A stretch of 64,000 nucleotides of DNA. Source: Octopus vulgaris. Taxonomy: Eukaryota. Positions within the stretch are counted from its first letter, which is position 1, and each line of letters opens with the position of its first letter. The position numbers and the translations under genes are program-made. The notes under the pieces were generated by a model that ran no database searches, was not told the origin of the DNA, and was given only the letters and a program-made list of their open reading frames with translations. The stretch covers positions 108,128,001 to 108,192,000 of the forward strand of contig OX597816.1 in assembly GCA_951406725.2 (NCBI GenBank), read 5' to 3'. Below are positions 12,800 to 23,479 of the stretch, one piece after another.

Positions 12800-13747
12800 C
12801 ATGATTCGTTTAGGCATGCTCGAAACGAATGATTGAATCATTTCTATGTTTACAGACCGCCATTCCTGCTGTACGAGAGCTTCCAATTGTTAAATATTTG
12901 TTGGCTTTTCTCTGTCAACTTGGATTTTAAGGATGGACCTCAAATTTTCAGTGGGATTTAAATCTGGAGAATTTCCCGACCAAATTTTCAATACCTTTAT
13001 CTCCAAGATACTTTTTAATCTTTTTAGCAGTGTGGCAAGGTGCTTCATCTTGGAAAATGCAAGTTTCTTCGCCAAACTGCCTCTCGGTTGTTGGAAGGAA
13101 ATGGTTTTCAAAGTAGTTTGGTACCTTGTTGAATTCATAAAAGTGTTTTTCGACAAAGCTGACAGTGGTCCAACGCTCTTGGATGAAAAGCAATCCCAGA
13201 CATGAATGGTTTCTAGATGCTTGAAGGTGGATACGATACAGGCTTCACCATAGCGTTCACCTTATCGCCTTCTAACGAGCCTTCCTCCAGATGTCCCAAA
13301 CAATTGAAATGGTGCTTCATAAAAGAAAATCACTTTGTCCCATTGTTCACTAGACCAATTTTTATATTTTCTCCAAAAGGCAAGCCTGTCTTTCACGTTC
13401 TTCTGGGACAAAATGGTTTCTTTGCAGCACTCCGTGAAGCAAGACCATTGTGAAGAAATCGTCTTCGAACAGTCCGAGCTAAAGCTCTGACATTGGCTGA
13501 TTGTTGCCGGCACTTCGATTCCTCAATGAATTTCTCACCAAAGCCCTGTCTTGGCGATCAGAGGACAGGCACTGTCCACCAGGGGCCTTCTTCACCGTCA
13601 TGGATCCTGTCTCTTTGAAAGTTTTTTTTTTATAATCCTGTACACAGTTCTTTCAGGTGCAATGCCTTTAGCAACAATACCCTATGTTATTAGTCCATTT
13701 TGGTGGAATGAAGTTATTTACAGACGTTTTTCTTATGCCACTACCAT
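12800..13747 (-). pseudogene. Tc1-like transposase pseudogene
   Basis: Frameshifted motifs: TVYRIIK..KETGS (HTH), WSSEQWDKVIF, IFQDEAPCH, WSGNSPDLNPTENL, SMPKR. Confidence 0.85.
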
Positions 13748-13974
13748 ACCTGCAATAAAAGAAAAGAAAATTTGAAGTTTTTGTGAAGAAAAAGAGCATT
13801 CATAAATTAAAAATCAATCATAAAAGGGTCATGACATCATACATAATTTTACTTACAATTCTGGCTATTAATTAATAGTTTGCATGCGATTCCAACTTGA
13901 AATCATGAAGTTGTACTATATACTGATACGCTTCATATACGTGCTTGTACGTAGTTTCTCTTATCAGTGTGTGT

Positions 13975-14108
13975 TCGTGCGTGTGTGTGCATGTGTGTGC
14001 GTGTGTGTGCATGTGTGTGCGTGTGTGTGCATGTGTGTGCGTGTGTGTGCATGTGTGTGCGTGTGTGTGCATGTGTGTGCGTGTGTGTGCATGTGTGTGC
14101 GTGTGTGC
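13975..14108. repeat. 20-bp higher-order tandem repeat (GTGTGTGTGCATGTGTGTGC)n
   Basis: About 6.5 units directly visible. Confidence 0.9.
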
Positions 14109-14249
14109 GTACTTACAAACAACCTACTATTGTCGCTTTGCTTTTCTTTTTCATTTTTCTTTTTTCATTTCCCCGTTCTTTGCGCCCCTTATGTTTTTTT
14201 TTCTCTCTTTTTTTTCATATGGTTTATCACTTCTAATTTTTATCTTTCC

Positions 14250-14885
14250 AAAGGCAGAATCGTTAGCATGTCGGGAACCGAGGTTGACTTTGCCTTTCAT
14301 CCTGTCGGGGTCGATAAGATAAGTACCAGTTGAACACTGGCATCGATGTAACCGACTTACTCCTCCTCTAAAACTGCTGGCCTTGTGCCAAAATTTGAAA
14401 CCGATATTCATCTATCCTTACCAATAAACATCTCAGCATTCGTCGTGCCGGCTGCCCATTATTGACGACACATATACATTAATTACGTTATAATCTACTG
14501 CATCCACTACAGAAATTTGAATATTTTGATAATGAAACGAAACCATGCTCCTATTTTTCTCACTAAGTTAATTGGTAAGACGGGAACGCCATTGGTACTT
14601 TACCAATTCTAATCCCCATTCCCATTGTTTTGATTCTTTCTGCTAACCCAGATTTCTTCTACACTCTACAGCAAGAAACTATCGTTAGGTCTTTATAGAT
14701 TCCAGCAAGTTTAGAGGAGCAGTTAAGCCGATTACATCAACCTCAGTGCTCAACTGGTACTTATTTTATCGACTACCAAAAGGATACAAGGCAAAGTCGA
14801 CATTGGCGGAATTTGAACTCGGCAGGAATAGACAAAGGAAATGCCGCTAAGCATTTTGCCCAGCGTGTCAACGATTCTAGCCGCT
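14250..14885. mobile_element. Two family B SINE copies in opposite orientation (14250-14405 plus, 14700-14885 minus)
   Basis: Core TTGACTTTGCCTTTCATCC on plus; AAGGCAAAGTCGAC..GGCGGAATTTGAACTC for the minus copy. Confidence 0.75.
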
Positions 14886-15646
14886 CTTTGATATAAAGGG
14901 AAAGAGAGATGTAGATAAAGTGAGATGGAGAGAAGGAGACCAAATGACTGCTACGAAATTGCCAATCACCCATTGGTTCGCGGGTTGTTTTTCTTCTTTA
15001 AGAATAAACCAAATATCTAAGTCAATTCTTTAACGGTCTGTGAAGATCATTATATTCTTTCTAGGGTCATGAAAATGGAATTCATGTCAGTCATACTATT
15101 ATCGAAAGGCGATGTTATTACTGAACCGAGAATTAAAAGCGGTTTCATGAGGATAAAGATGAAGCTAATGTTTCTAATAATTTATAATAGTGAAGATTAA
15201 AATGGGAAGGGTTATACTGATGGTAAAACTAAATACAAAATAAAATACATACAATGCAATAACGGTAAAGTTGGTAGTGTGCCATCATTATTATATTTCA
15301 ACTCCAATATCAACTTAAGCCATAAATCTCTGCTGTTAACCAACTGTAAAATCTGAAGCTGATACTTCGTGCTAATAATGATTATATGCTTAAAAGGAAT
15401 TACGATCATGGCAAACATTGTTAAGGATTCTTATCATTAACAATACAGAAGTGATAAGACTTAACGTTGCAAGTAAATAGGGTTTTACAAATATAACAAC
15501 TTAAATTGTGTTGTTACGTTATGAATTTGTTTATCGTAAATGGTACAATTAACGCGTGCATATTTCAATTTACTCGTTTGACCAGCTTCAATTTTTTCCC
15601 TACCTGTCTCATTCCACACAAGACTACCCGTCGACCAGCCACAGAT

Positions 15647-15650
<4 letters not shown>

Positions 15651-15716
<66 letters not shown>

Positions 15717-15831
15717 GTAGTAGTAGTAGTAGTAGTAGTAGTAGAAAGATAGTAAGCCCGCATGCATGCAAGACTCCAGCAGCTCTAACAGAACATGTGA
15801 TAGAGAGAAAATAACAACTACAACAACAATC

Positions 15832-15884
<53 letters not shown>
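15651..15884. repeat. (TAA)n/(TAG)n arrays
   Basis: Directly visible. Confidence 0.95.
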
Positions 15885-15885
<1 letters not shown>

Positions 15886-16405
15886 TTTGGGTTCAATACC
15901 ACCCAACCTTAAAAGAATCTCGAAACTTTTGAAATACCCTGTGTGTAAAGTATTGTCTGTCTGAGGTAATTGTTGTGACCTGACAGACACTACAAACCCC
16001 CGATACCCACAATATCTTCAATCAACAACATCACAATAATGGGTACGGTGTGACGTCTTAAATAATAATAATATGGGCAATGAGGAGAGTAATTGTTACC
16101 CTAGTGGTTATAGGGACGCCCGGATCACTAACAACCAGGTTCGAGAAATATGCCGGAGAATTTGAAATTGACATGAGGACGAAGGAGGCTCAAAAAACTA
16201 CTCTACTGGGGACAGCTAAGATTTTGAGACTGGCTTTTGGATGTTAGGTGTCTTTCACGATAAGTTAACATCCAATTATCAAGCATTATAATTTGCGGAA
16301 AGAGTCCCTGTAAGACCTCTAACAACAAGTTGCTGTCCGTTCTCACAGAATCATCTAGAACAAGTAAGATCGAGAGCTCTGTGAAGTAAAATAATAATAA
16401 TAATA

Positions 16406-16406
<1 letters not shown>
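15886..16406 (+). mobile_element. Two stacked 3'-end relics of Dong/R4-like retrotransposons, each with a TAA tail
   Basis: 16075-16247 translates AMRRVIVTLVVIGTPGSL...AQKTTLLGTAKILRL, the RLE C-terminus. 15886-16070 resembles 22275-22480. Confidence 0.7.
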
Positions 16407-16473
<67 letters not shown>

Positions 16474-16512
16474 GACTATTATTATTATTATTATTATTAT
16501 TATCATTATGAC

Positions 16513-16543
<31 letters not shown>

Positions 16544-16691
16544 TACTTTTAATCTGCATGTTTGATGCAATCACCTGCCGGGGCACACCCAGCGCCCTAG
16601 GGCAAGTGAAGGTTAAGAGTTGTTGAAATATAGCTGAAAGCTTGAGGAGGGGAAGTAGAGAAATATCTCCATGTAATACAAACACAAACAT

Positions 16692-17648
16692 TTACATTGA
16701 TAGGGTTTTTCTAAGGATGTGGGCAGTACTTGTTAGCACAATCTTTTGGATTTCCTTGAGACATGGTTTTCCAGGGATATTGTCTAGGTGTTTCTGACAT
16801 CCCTTTTTTATCATACCTAGGGCACCTACAATAACAGGAACAGTTTTTGTTTTAAGATTCCACATCCTCTGTATTTCGATTTCCAGGTCCTTATATTTAC
16901 TAAGTTTGTCAAATTCCTTGACAGATACATTTTTATCAGTGGGGACGCTTACTTCTATTAGTCTGCAGGTATTTTCTTCCCTGTCTTTAACAATTATGTC
17001 TGGTCGATTAGCCTTGATCGTTCTGTCAGTGTTGACTGGAAAATCCCAGAGGATGGTGACATCTTTACCTTCAACAACTGGCTGAGGATGGTGTTCATAC
17101 CAGTTAGCAGGAGTGTCGGATTTGTAGTGTTTACATATCTTCCAATGTATATACTGTCCTACCCTATCGTGGCGATTTTTGTATTCGTTTGGTGTCAGCA
17201 CAGGACATCCCGAAACGAGATGGTCTATTGTTTCGTCAAATGTGTCACAGAATCTGCATTTAGGGTCAGTACCGTTTCGGAGAACGTTAGCCTGGTAATT
17301 TCTGGTAAACAAGCTTTGATCTTGTGCTGCCATTATGAAGCCTTCAGTCTCTGCTTTCAATCCAGAACTCTTCAGCCACTGATGGGTTGTTGCTTGGTCT
17401 ACATCAGCATTTTGGCTTCGGAGAATGTATTGTCCATGCAGGGGCTTCTGGCTCCACCGCCTCTCAATTTGATTCTGCCCATTCTTTTTTGCAGTCTGCC
17501 TGATTCGCTTTGCTTGCTTGGTAGCAGTGGTTTCTGGCTCTTCACCTGATTCAAGGTTAATGCCTAGTTCCCTTTCGAACTTATAAGCTTCCTTGACAAT
17601 AGAATGCAGCTTTTTGCTGCTTTCGTGTTCACACACAAGTCGCAGCAT
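16692..17648 (-). CDS. Dong/R4 ORF C-terminal part: CCHC zinc knuckle and restriction-like endonuclease (318 aa), in frame with the upstream ORF
   Basis: CRFCDTFDETIDHLVSGC, RHD, ILWDF, RPDII, IEVSVP, KLSKY, VPVIVGALG. Confidence 0.92.
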   Translation of the reverse strand: MLRLVCEHESSKKLHSIVKEAYKFERELGINLESGEEPETTATKQAKRIRQTAKKNGQNQIERRWSQKPLHGQYILRSQNADVDQATTHQWLKSSGLKAETEGFIMAAQDQSLFTRNYQANVLRNGTDPKCRFCDTFDETIDHLVSGCPVLTPNEYKNRHDRVGQYIHWKICKHYKSDTPANWYEHHPQPVVEGKDVTILWDFPVNTDRTIKANRPDIIVKDREENTCRLIEVSVPTDKNVSVKEFDKLSKYKDLEIEIQRMWNLKTKTVPVIVGALGMIKKGCQKHLDNIPGKPCLKEIQKIVLTSTAHILRKTLSM

Positions 17649-20573
17649 TCAGTCTTTTGTACTAGATAGGTACCTGTTCATTCCTACAGTAGAGGTCTTA
17701 TAGCACAGCTCCAATTGCATCATTCCTCTCCCCCCGCTGCTTCTAGGTAGGTACAAGCGGTCTACATCTGCCTTAGGGTGGTGCATGCTCCTGGATGTCA
17801 GTAACTTTCTTGTCTTCCTGTCCAAGCGTTGGAGTTCCGTAAGGTTCCAGTTAATGATGTTAAAACTGTACTGGACTACTGGAAGTGCCAGGGTGTTAAT
17901 GGCCTCAATGCAATTTTTGGAGTTGAGTTCAGTCTTCAGTACAAGCCTTATTCTCCTATAGTACTCCTTTCTTATTTTTTCCTTCATAGTAGCATGATGT
18001 ATACCATCTCCTTCGTTGATTCCTAGGTATTTGTAGCTTTCTTGTGGGTCAAGTTCCTTGATGGTAGTGTCAATATCTAATTTAACAGAAGCTGTTTGCC
18101 TGAGCTTGCCTCTTACAAAAGTTGCTTTAGCACACTTATCAAGGCCAAAATCCATTCCGATATCATTGCTAAACTCTTTAACAGTTGTTAGCAGCCCTTC
18201 TAGCTCTTGGTCATTCTTGGCAAACAGCTTTAGATCGTCCATATAAAAAAGGTGGTTTATTAACTTGCTAAAAACTTTGTACCCATATCTGGCACTATCC
18301 AATTCGTTTGAGAGTGGGATCAGTGCCATGCAAAAAAGTAATGGAGAGAGGGAGTCACCTTGAAAGATGCCTCGTTTGATGTTGATGCTGTTGGACTGGC
18401 TCATCCCATTACTATGGCTTAGAAAGAGACGTGTGTTCCACATGGTCATGCTATTCTCTAAGAATTTTGAGACGACAGGGGAGATCTTGTATATCTCAAG
18501 GGCCTTGAGTATCCATTTATGTGGGACACTGTCATACGCTTTCCTGTAGTCTATCCATGCCATACTCAGGTTTTTGTTTTTGCTCCGGCAATTCTCTACA
18601 ATCATTCTGTTTATGGGCAATTGGTCTTTGCACCCATAAGAGTTTCTTTTACAACCTTTTTGAGCTTGTGGAAGGATAGAATTTTGTTCAAGGAAAGCGT
18701 ACATTCTCTCCGTTATTATGGATGTGAGGATTTTGTAGGTGGTGTTGAGACATGTTATTGGCCGGTAATTCTTTGGGTTTTTTGTGTCTTCGGTTTTAGG
18801 TAATAGGTAGGTGGTTCCTTCAGTCAGCCAAGCAGGTATTTGCTCTGGGTTCTGAATGACATCAGACAGAGATGCAGCGAGATGTTCGTGTACCTCTGTC
18901 AAACAATTCAGCCAGAAGTTAGGGATCCGATCCAGTCCTGGGGTTTTCCATTTATGAGCCTTCCTAAGGACACACCTTAGCTCCTCTATTCCTATTGCTT
19001 CCCATTTCTGTTCTTCAAGTTCATCCAGTCTCTCTTTCTCACGTTCTATCCAGTCAGCCTCAGCATTAAACTCTTTTTCGTTGCTCCATACCTTCTTCCA
19101 GAACTCCTCCACTTCCTCAATCTTAGGTGGATCTTCTATGTGTATTTTATTTTTGCCAATTTCCCTATAAAATTTCTTTGCATCTGTCTTAAAAAATTTA
19201 TTTTGTCGATAAAATTTGTTTCTTTTGTCATACCTTCTAAGCCGTTGAGCTTTCAACTGTATCCGTTGTTTCAACAGTTCCTTAGTTGCAGGGAGGTTTA
19301 TGAGATCTTTGATTTTATATTTTTGCTTGATTTTTCTAGCTTTTCTCGGCTTAATATTCACTCCTCTAGCAAGCTCATCGAGAACTGAAACATCCGCCCG
19401 CAGAGATTCAATCTCTTTTTGTATCGCTACTTTCCACTTAGGAGGTTCATTGACATGCCTGGCCTTTTTCTTTGTCATCTTAATACCTAGTTGGGTAGTT
19501 ACTACTTTAGCAGTGGAATAAATGAGATTATTTAAGGTTGTCAAATCATTCCCCTTATTTCTTAAGATCTGTCCTAGGGCAACGTTATATGTCATGATTG
19601 TGTTGTTATTTCTTGTGCCATTTGAAAACTTTGGTAGTGGTTCTCTATTAACCATGTCAGTGAGCTCAATCTTGCCGAGTTCTCTCATAATGTCCACTTT
19701 TGCTTCCATAATCTTTTCTCTATTATTCACCTCAAATTCTATGTCATATCTATTTTGGTTTTCTTGAGGAAGGTCTACGTTCTCCTCTTTTTTCAAATCT
19801 CTCGTCTTCGCTATTCTTTGTTTAACTTCCCCATTGGGAAGTTGATTTGCCGCTTGTACACTGGCTTCTGTGCTACTATTACCTATTTCGTCTACATTGT
19901 TGCTGTTTTCTTTTGGTCTACCATGAGCTATTAGTGTCCTAATTTTGTCAATTTCAGCGTCAGTTAGTCTTTTGTTTTTAATTATATCTCTGCGTACATT
20001 ACTTAATTTATTTGCGTCTATATATCTACGTACGTCATTGCCTACTGAATTTCTCCATGAGATGTATGTTTGTACACTGAGGTTATTGTTTGGGTTTAGT
20101 TGGGCTGTATAAAAAGCTTTCAACACATCTCTATAGTCCTCTCTGGTCCATTTTATACGTTTTGCTTTAGGTGGTGTTTTTGGTGGTGTCACTACAAGTC
20201 CAGAGTTAGAAGTATTCTGGTTCTGGTCACCTGGTAGATCGTCTTTTTGAGAGTTTGTTCCAGCAGCAAACTTTTCGACCCCAGTCTGGTTCCCTACTGG
20301 GTAACGCGGTCCTTGTTGTCCCGGGCGATGACCGATCCGGCATGATTTTTGGCTTGTTTTCATTAAATGATTGACGGCGACATCAGAGGGGTCCATTTTT
20401 TCAGAGTCAACTTTTTGACAAGACGCCGCTTCTGTGACGGTGACAGGGTCAATTTTTTGACAAAACACCGCTTCTGGATTCTCCGAATTAATATATTGTT
20501 CATATCGAACTCGCATAAGACTTACAGATCGAAATTCGCCTCTATTTCTTTTGGTAGTCATGTTTCCGGGCAT
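17649..20573 (-). CDS. Dong/R4 ORF, N-terminal region and reverse transcriptase (974 aa), ends at a premature TGA
   Basis: RT motifs NYRPITCL, WIDYRKAYDSVPH, GIFQGDSLSPLLF, LFYMDDLK, YKYLG, RLYLPRSSGGRG. Confidence 0.93.
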   Translation of the reverse strand: MPGNMTTKRNRGEFRSVSLMRVRYEQYINSENPEAVFCQKIDPVTVTEAASCQKVDSEKMDPSDVAVNHLMKTSQKSCRIGHRPGQQGPRYPVGNQTGVEKFAAGTNSQKDDLPGDQNQNTSNSGLVVTPPKTPPKAKRIKWTREDYRDVLKAFYTAQLNPNNNLSVQTYISWRNSVGNDVRRYIDANKLSNVRRDIIKNKRLTDAEIDKIRTLIAHGRPKENSNNVDEIGNSSTEASVQAANQLPNGEVKQRIAKTRDLKKEENVDLPQENQNRYDIEFEVNNREKIMEAKVDIMRELGKIELTDMVNREPLPKFSNGTRNNNTIMTYNVALGQILRNKGNDLTTLNNLIYSTAKVVTTQLGIKMTKKKARHVNEPPKWKVAIQKEIESLRADVSVLDELARGVNIKPRKARKIKQKYKIKDLINLPATKELLKQRIQLKAQRLRRYDKRNKFYRQNKFFKTDAKKFYREIGKNKIHIEDPPKIEEVEEFWKKVWSNEKEFNAEADWIEREKERLDELEEQKWEAIGIEELRCVLRKAHKWKTPGLDRIPNFWLNCLTEVHEHLAASLSDVIQNPEQIPAWLTEGTTYLLPKTEDTKNPKNYRPITCLNTTYKILTSIITERMYAFLEQNSILPQAQKGCKRNSYGCKDQLPINRMIVENCRSKNKNLSMAWIDYRKAYDSVPHKWILKALEIYKISPVVSKFLENSMTMWNTRLFLSHSNGMSQSNSINIKRGIFQGDSLSPLLFCMALIPLSNELDSARYGYKVFSKLINHLFYMDDLKLFAKNDQELEGLLTTVKEFSNDIGMDFGLDKCAKATFVRGKLRQTASVKLDIDTTIKELDPQESYKYLGINEGDGIHHATMKEKIRKEYYRRIRLVLKTELNSKNCIEAINTLALPVVQYSFNIINWNLTELQRLDRKTRKLLTSRSMHHPKADVDRLYLPRSSGGRGMMQLELCYKTSTVGMNRYLSSTKD

Positions 20574-20726
20574 AACTGTGTAGTGACTTTCTAAATTCAG
20601 TGACCAATTTTCTCTTTTTTGCGTTTGTTCGTGAAAAATCGCTTTGTTTTTGTTTTGTTTTCGTCCGCGTAACGTGGTTTTTCTTTCTGTGTGTACGTGT
20701 GAGCGCGTGTATGCATTATTTATGCT

Positions 20727-20822
20727 TTATAATTAAAATGTGTACATGTATGCACAAACAGTTGCATGTATACTTTATAATTAAAATGTGTACGTGTATG
20801 CATAAACAGTTGCATGTATACT
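20727..20822. repeat. 48-bp tandem duplication in the Dong 5' UTR, followed by (TTAA)n
   Basis: TTTATAATTAAAATGTGTACRTGTATGCAYAAACAGTTGCATGTATAC twice. Confidence 0.9.
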
Positions 20823-21114
20823 TATTTAATTAATTAATTAATTAATCAATTTATGTACTTACTGTCTTTCAAGAGCCCTGATGTTCGCTTCTATTTCTTA
20901 TGCATGTCACATGGAAATATTGTGCATAAAAGAAAGAAAACCATACTATATATGGCAATAATAGTTCGGACTTTTTAGTTACTTTGCCTTAAAAGAAAAT
21001 TTGGAAAAGATATTTTGTGGAACCTTTCTTCCATTGTAACGATGTTGTTGGATTAAATTCGTTTTTTGGAGAGAGGCTACCAGGGAACATCCATGTTGTT
21101 ATTCAGCCCGGAGC

Positions 21115-21160
<46 letters not shown>

Positions 21161-21175
21161 CATTATCGTTATGAC

Positions 21176-21235
<60 letters not shown>

Positions 21236-21269
21236 CAGTTGCTAGGAATGTATCGAAATCGAAGAAGGG

Positions 21270-22200
21270 GAAAACAGCTTAGGGTGGTATATAAAAATGC
21301 TGTGGAGCCACTGAAACACACGAAGAAGGCCAGCGTCTTCAAAATTGAAAATTGTGTAAGGAGAGAAAAAATTAGACAAGAAATGAAAAAAAAATAAGAA
21401 GCATGAAAGGAAAAGGAAATGGATTGTCAGTTTGCAAGAAATGTGAACGCCAAGACAGATACAGAGGACCATTGGCTATGGATGAGGAAGAGTGACCTAA
21501 AGATAGAGACAGAAGCACTCATATGCGCAGCTCAGGAACAAGCATTAAGGACCAACTATATAAAGTGCAGAATAGACAGCACTACTGATATCGACAAATG
21601 CAGAATGTGTGGTAAGAGGGGTGAAACGGGATTGACATCGTTAACGAATACACGAAATTGGGATAACGCGAATACAAAAGATGCTATGACAAGGTGGCAA
21701 GAATGATCCATTGGGAGCTCTGTGGAAATCACGTCCTACAAAGAGCAAAACGTGGTATGAGCAGACTCCAGAAGGAGTCACCGAAAATGAGAATTGCAAA
21801 AACTATGGTGGGATGCAATGATCACCCAGCCAGACATCGGAAACCGGACATTGTTGTGATAATCGACATAACATGCCCGGTGACAACAGCATCAATGTGA
21901 AAGAAGAAGAAAAAAACTATGGTGATTTGAAGCGGAAATACGAAGGTTGTGGTCAATGAAGAGAATAGACGTGATACCAATAGTAATAGGTGCACTTAGA
22001 AGTATCTGCACTCAGCTACCAACATGGCTGAAAAAAAATCAGTGCAAGCGTGAAAATAGAACACCTACAAAAATCAACATTGCTTGGAGCTGCAAGAATT
22101 CTTCGCAGGGTTCTTGAAGCATGACTAGTAAACAAGTATCACCTTAGTCTGCTGGCCGTCGACGACCGACACTTTCCCAGCGAAATAAGCTGAGAGTTTT
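21270..22200 (+). pseudogene. Decayed 5'-truncated Dong/R4-like element (CCHC and RLE)
   Basis: WLWMRKSDLKIETEALICAAQEQALRTN, CRMC, IHWELC, RKPDIVV, LLGAARILRRVLE, with frameshifts. Confidence 0.85.
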
Positions 22201-22209
22201 CATATAGTA

Positions 22210-22536
22210 ATAAGATCGCTATGATGTGGCAGCTACGAGAGTCAGACATAAAGATTATCCCTATTGTCATCGGAGCATTGGGTTCAATACAATCTAGAAA
22301 TACAATCTAGGTGCATAGCAAGAGTCTGCATTACTTGGAACTGCATGCATATTGCGTAAAGTAGTCTTTCTGAGGTCCTTATGATTTGACAACCAGTACA
22401 AACCCACCGGTAGACACAATATCTTCAATCAACAACCTTACGATATTGTGTACTGTGCAAAGTCTACAATACTAATAAAAAATATTAATAATAATAGTAA
22501 TAATAATAATAATGATAATAATAATAATAATAATAA

Positions 22537-22540
<4 letters not shown>
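22210..22540 (+). mobile_element. Dong/R4-like 3'-end relic with TAA tail
   Basis: Translates IKIIPIVIGALGSI and SALLGTACILRKV. The 3' UTR resembles 15950-16060. Confidence 0.75.
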
Positions 22541-22567
<27 letters not shown>

Positions 22568-22851
22568 AAGAAGAATCTACAAAAGAATGAAAGAAAACTG
22601 TCGTAATGTAAGCCATCTCAGGAAACTGAAAAATTTTTCTTATATGGAGTATATAAATACAAAAAGATAGCTTTCTTTAGACAGCTACATGTGCGTAAAA
22701 ATGTAAACACTAATATTTCTATATGAAAACTACAAACCTGCGAGTAAAATTTTAGATATTAAATTTTTAATTTTAATTACATATACATCCATATTTATAC
22801 AAGACATCTCTATATATACACATTGCTGTTTCTTCTCGGTCTCTCGCTGAT

Positions 22852-22960
22852 ATCATCATCATCATCATCATCATCGTTTAACGTCCGTTCTCCATGCTAG
22901 CATGGGTTGGACGGTTCGACCGGGGATCTGGGAAGCCACAAGGCTGCACCAGGCTCCAGC
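22852..22960 (-). mobile_element. Short 3' end of a (GAT)n-tailed retroposon
   Basis: Minus strand reads CCGTCCAACCCATGCTAGCATGGAGAACGGACGTTAAACGATGATGATG, a stem-loop followed by a simple-repeat tail. Confidence 0.6.
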
Positions 22961-23479
22961 AATAATAATTATAACTACGAAAGAAACATCAACACATGTC
23001 CATGGGCGGTGTTCAGTTAAAAAAGTAAACACTGTAAAAACGAACCCATAACAAACCCAACCAAAAGAGAAAGAACAATGGACAGGTAACCATAAATACT
23101 ACGGAATAGTTTATTTATGAGTTACGCACACCACTATGCAACACTCCTCCAAAAACATACAGAAATAAACTCATACCGTAAATACCCAACAAAATGAACA
23201 AAGCCCACATGTGCCATAGAATGCCGATACCCGACAGAAGAGCACAACCTGCGCTACACTAACAACACACAATACATAGAATAATACAACAGAAGACTGA
23301 AACCAAACCCCACAGCAAAACATACTGATATAATACAATATCCCACCGTCACCGAAACAATGCAGCACACACCATCCCACCAGCACAAAGGTGCAACAAA
23401 TGATACAGTAGAAAGTTGCTTGAAACTATCAGATATCAAAACACAATAGTGATGATGACGTTGGTGACGGACATTACTT

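Larger units (their letters stand above)
16408..21235 (-). mobile_element. Near full-length R4/Dong-clade non-LTR retrotransposon in a (TAA)n array (body about 16545-21114)
   Basis: Single RT+RLE reading frame. Same-orientation TAT arrays on both sides share the interruption CATTATCRTTATGAC. Confidence 0.88.

Noticed and set aside
17088-19767. Plus-strand ORFs overlapping the Dong element
   Set aside because: Antisense shadows of the retrotransposon coding strand with no motifs.
20862-20880. Histone stem-loop-like TCTTTCAAGAGCC
   Set aside because: The 5' arm does not pair with AGAGCC, and there is no histone ORF.
21030-21114. HDV-like ribozyme at the Dong 5' end (GGGCTG/TAGCCT could be P1)
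   Set aside because: No GG for P1.1 after P1, and no consistent P2, P3 or P4.
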